Below, one piece after another: positions 16,219-24,363 of a DNA stretch of 24,363 nt. The DNA lies in NCBI GenBank assembly GCA_041288045.1, contig JBGGMM010000039.1, forward strand, positions 1 through 24,363, in the 5' to 3' direction. The notes below the pieces were generated by a model. That model was not told the DNA's origin. It ran no database searches and saw only the letters and a list, made by a program, of their open reading frames with translations. Made by a program: the position numbers and the translations under genes. This DNA comes from Pseudobdellovibrionaceae bacterium. Lineage in GTDB: Bacteria > Bdellovibrionota > Bdellovibrionia > Bdellovibrionales > Bdellovibrionaceae. Position 1 is the first letter of the stretch. Each line of letters begins with the position of its first letter.

Positions 16219-19200
16219 AAGCTGAGGTTCAGAAACAGAACCCGCTGGGGTCTCAGTGTGGGTGGCTCCCGCCGGCGGCTCACTGTGACCAGAAATTTTT
16301 CTCAAATGTCGATTCACCCAGCGTCTGAAATCATCGACGTACTCAAAAGAAGCTGGAACCACAAGCAAAGTCAAAAAAGTCGAGCTGATCAGACCACCGA
16401 TAATGGCAACTCCCATGGAAGTCCTTTGCGCTGAAGCCTCATTGAGTCCAATGGCAATCGGAATGGTTCCAGCAATCAAGGCAAAGCTTGTCATCATGAT
16501 CGGACGCAATCGAGTTTTACAAGCTTTGATCAAAGCTTGGGTTCGATCCATGCCCTCATCCATCAGCACATGGGTGTAATCCACCAGTAAGATCGAGTTT
16601 TTCGCCACAACCCCCATGAGCATCACAATCCCAATCATTGAGAACAGATCAATGGATTTTCCAGTGATCATCAAGCCCGCAAAAGCTCCGGTCATCGCCA
16701 GGGGCAAAGCAGTCAAAATCGTGATCGGAGTGATAAAGCTTTCGTACAAAGACGCCAGCACCAGGTAAATCAAAAGCACGCCGAGCCCCATAGCCATGAG
16801 CATGTTCTGAATGAGAATCTTAAAATCTTCGGCCTGACCCAAAAATTCATAAGTGATCCCTGCTGGCAATTTGACATCGGCATCGGAAGCCAGCAATTTT
16901 TCAATTTCTTGAGTGATCGTCCCTAAGTTTCCGCCCGGCCCTAAGTTCGCATCAATCATGATATAGCGCCCTTTGTTCAAGCGATTGATCTGCGAGTAGC
17001 CTTTGACTTCTTTTCCAACTGCCACGGTAGCGAGTGGAATCATATTGAAATTCACATTCGGAACCCGAGTCGTGGAAAATTTATCCCGTATGTTTCGATC
17101 ATCCTCGTCCATTCGAACTCGAATGTCATATTCGTTGCCTGCCAAGCGATAAGTTGCCGCCACCACTCCTTCGACTCGCGCTCTCAGCTCAGAGCCTGCC
17201 ACAGCTGTGGAAACTCCGAGAGATTCAGCTTTTTCGCGGTTGAAGACGATTTGAAATTCAGGTTTTCCGGTTCGGTAATTGGTGTCCACATCGGTCAAAC
17301 CATGGATCGCCGCAATTCGTGGTTTCAGTTTTTCAACGAAAGCACTGAGCTCATCCAAATTTTCGCCACGAATCGAGAGTTGAAGAATTTTCTGGCCACC
17401 GCCGCCGATATCGATGTCGCCAATGGCGATCAGCGCTTGCTTTTGCAAATCAGCCACAGCCTGGCGAACTTCGGTTTTGATTTGTGACGTGTTTCCATTT
17501 CTCTCTTTGCGCGGCACCAAACGGACATAAATAGAAGCTTTATTGGCCTCTGGGCGATTTGTGTAACCAGCAACTGTCGAAGTCAGTTCCACAGCTGGAT
17601 TTTTCGTTACGACCTCTTCCACCTTTTTGACGAATTCTTTAGTCTGAACCAAAGAAGTTCCCAACGGAAGCTCAAGAGTCACTTGAAATTCACCATTATC
17701 GCCTTGAGGCAGAAAATTTTTCGGAATGATTCCAGCCAAAAGAAGACTGGAAACAAAAATTAAAAAAGCCAGACCCAAAACGATTCCTCGTCTGCGAACC
17801 ACCCAATGAACTGCTTTTTCATAGAGGTTCTCAAGCCCTGATTGAAAGCGATCAAATGCATTGAGCATTCGAGCCACAGGCCCCTTGCCACGGACGTGAT
17901 CGGCTCTTGTCGCCAAATAAGTGGACAGCATCGGCGCCACAGTGAAAGCATCAAACAGAGAAATCAACATGGTGAAAACCACTGTCAGACCAAACTGTTT
18001 GAAAAACTGACCGATAATCCCCTGCAAAAAGGCAATCGGTCCGAACACGGCAATCACCACCAAAGTGGTAGCAAGGACTGCCAGTGCGACTTCTTTTGTT
18101 CCTTCTAAAGAAGCCTGCTTTGGCGATTTTCCCATTTCAATATGCCGGAAAATATTTTCCCGCACGACGATGGCATCATCGATCAATAAGCCCACGGCCA
18201 AAGACAACGCCAAAAGTGTGAGGATGTTGATGGTAAAACCAGAGGCGTACATGATCACAAACCCGCCCAAAAGCGAATTCGGAAGAGCCATCCCGGTGAT
18301 AAATGTGGATTTCGCCGACCCCAAAAAGAAAAAGACGACCAGAACGCAAAGTCCGACACCAATGAGAATGGATTCTCGAACATCGGCAATGTTCAGCCGA
18401 ATTGGCCTTGAGGTTTCGCGAACCAAATTCACTTGTGCATCGAGGCCGCGTGTTTTTAAAAGTTCATTGGTTTTTTCAATTCGAGCTTTCACCAAATCGA
18501 CAATTTCAACCGTGTTGGCACCCGATTGCTTGTAAACATTCATGGAAATCGCCGCTTGTCTTTGAAAATCATTGGCTTTTGAGCGAAAAGCAAATTCGGA
18601 CACTTCGTCTTCAAGCCCTTCTTGCACTCGAGCGACAGTTGAAAGCTTCACGCCTTGGTCAGATCCCAAGAAATTCACATTCACATCCCGAATGGCGTCG
18701 ATGGATTCAAACTCGCCGTTAGCACGGACGACCACTTCGTTCTTTGAGTTTTTCAGGGTCCCGACGGGCACGTCTCGGGAGGTGTTTTTGATTCTCTCCG
18801 AAATCTGCAAAAGCGAAAGCTGCCGGTCCTGCAGCTTATCCTTATCGATCATGACCTGAATTTCTCTTTTTCTTCCGCCAATGATTTGGACGAGTCCCAC
18901 ACCGTTGATGGTTTCAAATTGGTTTTTGATTGTTTGATCGGCCAAATCAAAAAGCTGAGCCGGTGGCATCGGGCTTGTCACAGCAATCTGAGCGATGGGC
19001 TGATCGGCCGGGTCAAATCGACGAACCACTGGCTCTTCAATTTCATCTGGCAGTTTATTGCGGATATTTCCTAGCCGCTGGCGGATCTGCTGCTCCATAT
19101 CTTTGACGTCAGTTCCGATTTTAAACATCAAAATGACAGAAGAAACACCTTCAGCATTCTGGGAATAAAGCTTATCAAGCCCGTTGAGGCTTCCCATTTC

Positions 19201-19407
19201 GTCTTCGATGGGTTTTGCAACTAGTTTCTCTAAATCCTGAGGTGAAGCTCCTGGATAGAGAGTCTGTACCGAAATCGTTGGGAAAGTGACATCTGGAAAC
19301 AGATCCACGCTCATTCGCTTCATGGAGATCACTCCCAAAATCAGCATCAATGCAACAATGCACGTGATGAAAATGGGGCGTTTGATGGCGAGACTTGGAA
19401 GGTTCAT
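16210..19407 (-). CDS. RND efflux permease (AcrB/AcrD/AcrF family)
   Basis: 1065 aa. Motifs AIKRPI, VDLFPDV, GLLIDDAIVVREN, GVVAKNSILLVD, RLRPIMMT and GGLISSTFLTLLVVP; the proton-relay residues are intact. Confidence 0.97.
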   Translation of the reverse strand: MNLPSLAIKRPIFITCIVALMLILGVISMKRMSVDLFPDVTFPTISVQTLYPGASPQDLEKLVAKPIEDEMGSLNGLDKLYSQNAEGVSSVILMFKIGTDVKDMEQQIRQRLGNIRNKLPDEIEEPVVRRFDPADQPIAQIAVTSPMPPAQLFDLADQTIKNQFETINGVGLVQIIGGRKREIQVMIDKDKLQDRQLSLLQISERIKNTSRDVPVGTLKNSKNEVVVRANGEFESIDAIRDVNVNFLGSDQGVKLSTVARVQEGLEDEVSEFAFRSKANDFQRQAAISMNVYKQSGANTVEIVDLVKARIEKTNELLKTRGLDAQVNLVRETSRPIRLNIADVRESILIGVGLCVLVVFFFLGSAKSTFITGMALPNSLLGGFVIMYASGFTINILTLLALSLAVGLLIDDAIVVRENIFRHIEMGKSPKQASLEGTKEVALAVLATTLVVIAVFGPIAFLQGIIGQFFKQFGLTVVFTMLISLFDAFTVAPMLSTYLATRADHVRGKGPVARMLNAFDRFQSGLENLYEKAVHWVVRRRGIVLGLAFLIFVSSLLLAGIIPKNFLPQGDNGEFQVTLELPLGTSLVQTKEFVKKVEEVVTKNPAVELTSTVAGYTNRPEANKASIYVRLVPRKERNGNTSQIKTEVRQAVADLQKQALIAIGDIDIGGGGQKILQLSIRGENLDELSAFVEKLKPRIAAIHGLTDVDTNYRTGKPEFQIVFNREKAESLGVSTAVAGSELRARVEGVVAATYRLAGNEYDIRVRMDEDDRNIRDKFSTTRVPNVNFNMIPLATVAVGKEVKGYSQINRLNKGRYIMIDANLGPGGNLGTITQEIEKLLASDADVKLPAGITYEFLGQAEDFKILIQNMLMAMGLGVLLIYLVLASLYESFITPITILTALPLAMTGAFAGLMITGKSIDLFSMIGIVMLMGVVAKNSILLVDYTHVLMDEGMDRTQALIKACKTRLRPIMMTSFALIAGTIPIAIGLNEASAQRTSMGVAIIGGLISSTFLTLLVVPASFEYVDDFRRWVNRHLRKISGHSEPPAGATHTETPAGSVSEPQLSK

Positions 19408-20843
19408 GTTTCCTCCTGAACTTTCACAAAGAGACGTCCCTGTGATTCCAGTTTGCGTTGCTCGGCTTTGAGCCGAGTGACATTCAATTCAGCATCGGCG
19501 GCATCTTGTTCCGCAGTGATCACATCAGATGTGATGGATCGGCCGCGCGACAGCTTGACTCTTTCAGCCGCAGCTTTGGCTGTCTGCACTTCGCTCAAAG
19601 AGGTCGCCAATTTAATACGAGCGTTCAGCTCTTGATGCCGGCGGTTCAGCTCACTCCAAGCCGATTCACTTTCCAGAAGCTGTCTTTCTTTGGTGAATTG
19701 AGCAGCCAGAGCATCTGATTTGGCAGAATCCCGAATGGCATTTTTTGACTCCCAATCCAAGGCCCAAGAGAAAGTCACGCCGACGGAAGAAATGGGATAA
19801 TTTCGGTCCGTCATTCGACTGACGGCTCCAGGATCATCACTGTCATAGCCATTGGTTTTATACTGTCCCTGCAAAACCAAATCGGGGCGCACTCTTTCAA
19901 CTGCTTCTTCCGAATTGATCTTTTTCACTTGCGCATCCAAAATGCTGAGATAGGACTCAAGCCGAACGATTCGCCCCTCATGACCTGCGACAAAAATATT
20001 CAAGGGTCTTTCCTGCTCAAAATCCTGCAGGTTTGGCACTGGAGTTGAAGGTGGCAGCTCCATTTGATCATTGAATCTGCGCTCAGCAGTTTTTAAATTG
20101 TCCATGGTGGTGAGCAGCTGAAGCTCGCGAGTTGAAACCAAGCCTTGGGCATTGAGCACATCGGCCCGATCCCCAATCCCATTGTTGGCTCTTCGGCGAA
20201 CCCAAAGCTCAATTTTTTTGGCCCGATCCAGACTGGCTTTGCCGATTTCAAGTTCTCGCTGCAAATAACTGAGGTCCCAGAAGATGGACTCGGCAGTGAT
20301 TAGAGCTTGCTTGGCTTGCAGATTGTAGGTCGTCTTTTCAAAAGATCTCTGTGAAGACTCCCTGGCCCAACGAAGCCGAGTGGATCTGCCGAAGAAATCC
20401 TTCCACAAAGACTGGCTCAGCGAAAGCGCCAACGTGCCTGTGTGAAATTCAGAGGCAAAGCCTCCGGTTGGGGCGACACCTTCCAAATTGATGGCTTGCA
20501 CAGCTCCGACCACTGCGGCCTGAGTGCCAGTTGAAAATTTCTTGGCAAGCCCCAGATTGTACTGCCGCACCTGTTGGTGGGTCAGAGTTCCCCCAGTGGC
20601 GAACTGCTGAGATTTATCGTCCAGATAGCTGCCGCCGGCAGTGAGAAAAGGCGAAAGCTCCAGATTACCGGCATCATAGCGAACGCTTGCAGCTTCATCC
20701 GAAGATTGAAAGGATTGAAAAGTTTTATTCTTTTTTTGCACTTCGCTTAAGTATTCTTCCAAGCTCATCGCTGAAAGAAGCGGCGAAAAAACAAAGGTCC
20801 CCATTAAAAAGAAGCTCGCGGCTAGAGCTTTATTTTTTTTCAT
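19404..20843 (-). CDS. TolC-family outer membrane efflux protein
   Basis: Signal peptide and two OEP-like repeats (MSLEEYL...LSQSLW; RPDLVL...VGVTFSWAL...DVITAEQD). It is translationally coupled to tetR and to the RND gene. Confidence 0.9.
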   Translation of the reverse strand: MKKNKALAASFFLMGTFVFSPLLSAMSLEEYLSEVQKKNKTFQSFQSSDEAASVRYDAGNLELSPFLTAGGSYLDDKSQQFATGGTLTHQQVRQYNLGLAKKFSTGTQAAVVGAVQAINLEGVAPTGGFASEFHTGTLALSLSQSLWKDFFGRSTRLRWARESSQRSFEKTTYNLQAKQALITAESIFWDLSYLQRELEIGKASLDRAKKIELWVRRRANNGIGDRADVLNAQGLVSTRELQLLTTMDNLKTAERRFNDQMELPPSTPVPNLQDFEQERPLNIFVAGHEGRIVRLESYLSILDAQVKKINSEEAVERVRPDLVLQGQYKTNGYDSDDPGAVSRMTDRNYPISSVGVTFSWALDWESKNAIRDSAKSDALAAQFTKERQLLESESAWSELNRRHQELNARIKLATSLSEVQTAKAAAERVKLSRGRSITSDVITAEQDAADAELNVTRLKAEQRKLESQGRLFVKVQEET

Positions 20844-21508
20844 AACATCGCACCTTCAATAAAAATTCGAAAGATTTGATCTACGTATTGATCCATATCT
20901 TCGGGTAATTTCAAAATCTGATCGGCCATTTTCATCGGGCATTGGTTGATTTGCATGTAAACATCTGTTGCATGCACCATCGAGAGAAAAAGCACATAGG
21001 GATTGATGTCTTTGCGAAGAAAGCCCTTTTTTTGAGCCACTTCAAAAACTCCCACCACAGTGGTCAGGATTTTTGAGAAAATCTCTTCATAGACATCTCG
21101 GGCGTGAGGAAGGCCAGCCATCATCTCTCGTTGAAGAATCAGATGAATGTCTTTGGATGAGAGCTTGATTGGAATCATCCCTTTCACAAATTGATACATT
21201 CCAGCCTGAAAGCTTTCTCTGCTGAGATTTTGCAGATCAATTTTTTGCAAAAGCTCTTCCACTCGAGCCGAGCTCAATTTGGCAAACTCGAGGATCACTG
21301 TTTTATAAAGCCCTTCTTTGCCGCCAAAGTAATAACTGATCAGACTGATATTTAAGTCTGCCGCTTTGGCGATATCGCGGGTGCTAGTGCCCTCTAAACC
21401 ATGTTCGGCAAAGAGCTTTGTGGCTGCTTCCAAAAGCCGAATCCGGGCGGAGTTTTCATCCACAGATGCCTCTATCGGTTTTTCGCCAGGAGATTTTTTT
21501 TGTTCCAT
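20840..21508 (-). CDS. TetR/AcrR family transcriptional regulator
   Basis: HTH signature RLLEAATKLFAEHGLEGTSTRDIAKAADLNISLISYYFGGKEGLY. Confidence 0.96.
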   Translation of the reverse strand: MEQKKSPGEKPIEASVDENSARIRLLEAATKLFAEHGLEGTSTRDIAKAADLNISLISYYFGGKEGLYKTVILEFAKLSSARVEELLQKIDLQNLSRESFQAGMYQFVKGMIPIKLSSKDIHLILQREMMAGLPHARDVYEEIFSKILTTVVGVFEVAQKKGFLRKDINPYVLFLSMVHATDVYMQINQCPMKMADQILKLPEDMDQYVDQIFRIFIEGAML

Positions 21509-21521
21509 CAGATTACCCTAA

Positions 21522-21567
21522 TTCAAACGATTGATTGAAACAATTGGTTTTTCAATCAATCGTTTGA
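21522..21567. promoter_or_regulatory. Twin TetR-type operators forming a perfect 18-bp inverted repeat
   Basis: TCAAACGATTGATTGAAA (21523-21540), a 9-nt spacer, then TTTCAATCAATCGTTTGA (21550-21567). Each arm is itself an imperfect palindrome. The site begins about 14 nt upstream of tetR. Confidence 0.75.
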
Positions 21568-21587
21568 TTTTTATATAAAGCATGTGA

Positions 21588-21623
21588 TTTCAGCTATTTA
21601 AAATTGTCTCATTTGGAGGCAGC
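21588..21623. promoter_or_regulatory. IHF-like site plus imperfect palindrome GTCTCA-TTT-GGAGGC
   Basis: TTTCAG-CTAT-TTA (21588-21600) followed by an 18-mer that is 15/18 identical to 11563-11580. Confidence 0.4.
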
Positions 21624-21723
21624 CTCCTGCTTCGCGCCATAAGCGAGTTTCAATTGAAGGCTTTCAAAGCTCAAGCTCTACTAAGGTCCGACATACAATT
21701 GAGAATTTTCTGAGGGGGGGAAT

Positions 21724-22446
21724 TTGGCCATAAAGTTGTTGCCGTTGTTTTGGCTTTGTCTCTTGCTCCATCCCCCTTCATCTTTAGCTCATTCCATTTC
21801 TGACAAAATCTCTTTGCTGAATCAGAGCCGTCCGATTTCCAGCTTCCCGCCTCCGACTGAGCCCTACAATCGACGCAAGCACTTTGGGACTTGGGTGGAT
21901 GATCCCCGCGATCAAACTTGCTTCAACACTCGAGCGCAAGTGCTCATTCGCGATTCGCGAAGTGCTGTCGAGTTCAAACCTGAAGATGCTTGTTCCGTCG
22001 ATGCAGGAATTTGGTTGGATCCCTACACCAAAGAATTTTTATACTCACACAAGGATGTTCAAGTTGATCACTTGGTCCCGCTGAAGCATGCTTATGTGGC
22101 TGGTGGATGGCGATGGAGCGCCAAGAAAAGATGTCTTTACGCCAATTTTATGTCCAATTCTTTTCATCTTTTAACGGTCAAAGCGCAGGAAAATTCGATC
22201 AAAGGAGATTCCTCCCCGGAAAAGTATCTCCCCCCTCATCGCGGCGCCATTTGCGAGTATTTGCAAAATTGGTTGAAAGTCAAAGCCATCTGGAAATTAC
22301 AAATCGTTGAAAGCGAACTCTCTTTTATCAAAGACGAGATCCGACGATCTCACTGTTCAGAAGAGGATTTTCAGATTTCAAAAAGAGAATTGCGGGCGCA
22401 GCAAAATGCCACAGAATCCCAGCAAAGCCTCTGTGAGGGCATTTAG
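21724..22446 (+). CDS. Secreted HNH-type nuclease (DUF1524-like)
   Basis: Signal peptide, then YNRRKHFGTW, NTRAQVLIRD, WLDPYT, VDHLVPLKHAY, YAN...HLLTV...NSIKGD and CEY..NW..VK..W. TTG start with a GAGG SD. Confidence 0.87.
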   Translation: MAIKLLPLFWLCLLLHPPSSLAHSISDKISLLNQSRPISSFPPPTEPYNRRKHFGTWVDDPRDQTCFNTRAQVLIRDSRSAVEFKPEDACSVDAGIWLDPYTKEFLYSHKDVQVDHLVPLKHAYVAGGWRWSAKKRCLYANFMSNSFHLLTVKAQENSIKGDSSPEKYLPPHRGAICEYLQNWLKVKAIWKLQIVESELSFIKDEIRRSHCSEEDFQISKRELRAQQNATESQQSLCEGI

Positions 22447-23249
22447 AACTTCTCCAAGAGCAGACTCATGTCGATGGGCCTTGAAACAGTGATTGTGCCA
22501 ATCGAATTTTTCCAAGGGTCTTGCAGGGCTCGTGAGGCCAACTCCACTTCAATCAAGCTTCCATCTTTTCGAACCATTTGGGATTTCACGACTTGATGAT
22601 AGCCTTTCGACAAAATGGTTTGAATTCCGGCTTGGGCTTTCTCGTGGGATTGCTTCGAGTAAAGATCAAAAATCGTTTTTCCGATCAATTGACCGTACTC
22701 ATACCCGAGCACGTTGTGCAGGCTTTCATTGGCCATCTGGATGAAACCCTGGGGGTTCACTGAATGCATCATGAAAGGGCTCTTGGAAAAAAAGCTCTCA
22801 TAAAGATAGAGCTGGGATTTAAGTTCATCAAATGCCGCTCCCTGCATGGGTTTGGCCTGTGTCTGCCCGCTCAAATGCGGCAGAATGTCTTTGGCTGTGA
22901 TGTGTCCAATCACCATGCCCTCAGCATCAATCACAAACACTCGGTTTCCCACAGAGGTCATGACTTTTTTAACCACTTCATGAAAGGCTTCTGATGCCAA
23001 AATCAATTGTGAAGCTTCAAAGCAATCCCGGTAAAAAATCAAAGCTTCTTTGTCGGGATGACTTTGATAGCGCAAATAAATTCGAACCAAGTTTCCTTCG
23101 GTCAAAACACCATGCAAGCGATCCCGGCCGGCCATGACAGCGACAAAGCCATTGGGATTTGTTTGAAAGTATTCAATGGAATCTTGCACTGTTGAGTCAA
23201 AGGAAAGAATCGGCGTTTTGGGGTTCATCAGGTCTTTGGCTGTTTTCAT
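22443..23249 (-). CDS. CBS-pair plus PAS domain protein
   Basis: TAKDLMNP, LHGVLTEGNL and VIDAEGMVIGHITAKDIL (CBS pair). SVNPQGFIQMANE...LGYEYGQLIGKTIFDL and RKDGSLIEVEL (PAS/PAC). Confidence 0.9.
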   Translation of the reverse strand: MKTAKDLMNPKTPILSFDSTVQDSIEYFQTNPNGFVAVMAGRDRLHGVLTEGNLVRIYLRYQSHPDKEALIFYRDCFEASQLILASEAFHEVVKKVMTSVGNRVFVIDAEGMVIGHITAKDILPHLSGQTQAKPMQGAAFDELKSQLYLYESFFSKSPFMMHSVNPQGFIQMANESLHNVLGYEYGQLIGKTIFDLYSKQSHEKAQAGIQTILSKGYHQVVKSQMVRKDGSLIEVELASRALQDPWKNSIGTITVSRPIDMSLLLEKF

Positions 23250-23665
23250 CGGCTCTCCATGCTTTTTTCAAGAGTGGCTTGAATGCTGTTCAGTTCGGAT
23301 TCAAGGCCTGTCAGGTGATTGGAAGCTCTTTGGATTTTTTCGGCGAGTTCAGGATTTGGAACCCCTTGAGGAATTCGCTGAAAAATATTTTGCAGCTCCA
23401 CTGTGATTTCTGTTCTACGCAAACCCAAGCGCTGCACTTTCAGAAGTTGATCGATATTTGGCGGACGCCCTGCCAGGCTCTTTTGCTCTTGATTGATTTC
23501 TTTGCTGGTGAAAATGATATCTCGGGTCAGTCTGATGGTTTTGATCAGGTCCGCTTTTCGCGGTGGGAACTGACCAGTGAGAAATGAAAAGCTCGCGAAA
23601 AAAAGCAGAAAGGTGATCAACAAAGAAGTGAGAATTCGTTCGAAGAGTCGACTGAGAAATTCCAT
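23246..23665 (-). CDS. Hypothetical membrane-anchored coiled-coil protein
   Basis: MEFLSRLFERILTSLLITFLLFFASFSFLTGQFPP followed by a helical region. GGAGG SD upstream; ATGA overlap with the CBS-PAS gene. Confidence 0.8.
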   Translation of the reverse strand: MEFLSRLFERILTSLLITFLLFFASFSFLTGQFPPRKADLIKTIRLTRDIIFTSKEINQEQKSLAGRPPNIDQLLKVQRLGLRRTEITVELQNIFQRIPQGVPNPELAEKIQRASNHLTGLESELNSIQATLEKSMESR

Positions 23666-23704
23666 TCCCTCCAGCTTTTCGTAATTCGTGCAAAATGTGG
23701 AGCT

Positions 23705-23738
23705 AAAAAAAGACCTGGGCATCTCTCCCAGGTCTTTT
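23705..23738 (-). terminator. Intrinsic terminator after hsp20
   Basis: AAAAGACCTGGG-CATCTCT-CCCAGGTCTTTT perfect stem with a 7-T run on the minus strand. Confidence 0.85.
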
Positions 23739-23768
23739 GGAGGGGGTTTCGGTCAGTTTAGATCCGCT

Positions 23769-24197
23769 TTAGTGAGTGCGGATCGGAATGGATTTGGGTT
23801 GCACAGCTTCGACCTTGGGAACCCGGATTTCGAGAACCCCGTCCTTGAATTGCGCATCAATTTTCGAAGAATCCACTTCGTCGGGGAGAATGAAAGATCT
23901 CTCAAATTGCCCGAAGAATCTTTCAGTTCGGTGTTTGCGCCGATTTTCCGACTCTTCATCTTTCCTTCTCTCTCCAGTCACATGCAGCTCTTTTCCTGTG
24001 ACTGTGAGGTTGAGATCTTTTTCATTCATTCCGGGCAGATCAAAATGAAACAGATACTCTTTCTCAGTCTCTTGCACGTCCACGGCCGGTGAAAACCAGG
24101 CTTTGTCATTCCAGTTCGCAGCTGCTGAAGCAGGCGAAAAAGAACGGAACATATCATCAACCTCTTGCATCCAATTTGTCATTAAACCGTGTCTCAT
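23769..24197 (-). CDS. Small heat shock protein, Hsp20/alpha-crystallin family
   Basis: Motifs PAVDVQET, DLPGM, LHVTGER, ERFFGQFERSFILP and FKDGVLEIRVPK. GGAGG SD upstream. Confidence 0.96.
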   Translation of the reverse strand: MRHGLMTNWMQEVDDMFRSFSPASAAANWNDKAWFSPAVDVQETEKEYLFHFDLPGMNEKDLNLTVTGKELHVTGERRKDEESENRRKHRTERFFGQFERSFILPDEVDSSKIDAQFKDGVLEIRVPKVEAVQPKSIPIRTH

Positions 24198-24230
24198 ATT
24201 TTTTCCTCCTTCGTTACTCTTCACACTGTC

Positions 24231-24259
24231 AAATTGGGTGAAATGGCACGCTCGTCAAG
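24231..24259 (-). promoter_or_regulatory. Putative sigma32-type promoter of hsp20
   Basis: The minus strand reads CTTGAC-N15-CCCAATTT, compared with the RpoH consensus CTTGAA-N13-15-CCCCATnT, upstream of a heat shock gene. Confidence 0.4.
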
Positions 24260-24363
24260 TCGATCGACAAACATTTTTTACGGGCCTTGACAAATTCGAA
24301 GGCCAGCTCATATTTCTTTTTTGATGTTGGAAGAGTCTTTTTATTTGCGCAAAACCGAACTTG

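Noticed and set aside
24243..24272. CIRCE-like or sigma54-like TGGCAC upstream of hsp20
   Set aside because: Only a half-site matches; there is no second CIRCE arm and no -12 TTGC.
1..24363. CRISPR arrays, tRNA/rRNA genes, transposases, prophage or a defence island
   Set aside because: No spaced repeats or signature genes were seen. The two HNH genes are 21 kb apart and lack defence partners in the window.

Overview
Compact chromosomal region of about 45% GC (estimated by eye). Gene content and style suggest a Bdellovibrionota-like predatory bacterium (inference). It holds about 25 tightly packed or overlapping CDSs: a truncated HNH nuclease, a lipid kinase/metallophosphoesterase head-to-head pair, a CheA-P1-like pseudo-Hpt protein divergent from a degenerate HD-GYP protein, a creatininase, amino-acid catabolic genes (hutG, ltaE, kynA, kynB), bcp, a lipoprotein, fadD, HiPIP, a MerC-domain protein, selO, a tetR-tolC-RND operon with no adaptor gene, a secreted DUF1524-type nuclease, a CBS-PAS protein and hsp20. 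No rRNA, tRNA, CRISPR array or transposase was seen. The best leads are: (1) a His48->Asp pseudo-Hpt carrying a CheZ-like C-terminal CheY-binding tail, paired with a likely inactive HD-GYP protein; (2) a highly structured ~330-nt non-coding element between fadD and the HiPIP gene, flanked by mirror-image C/A versus G/T synonymous-site skew; (3) a repeated IHF-like site plus GTCTCA-N3-TGAGAC-type palindrome in two divergent promoter regions.
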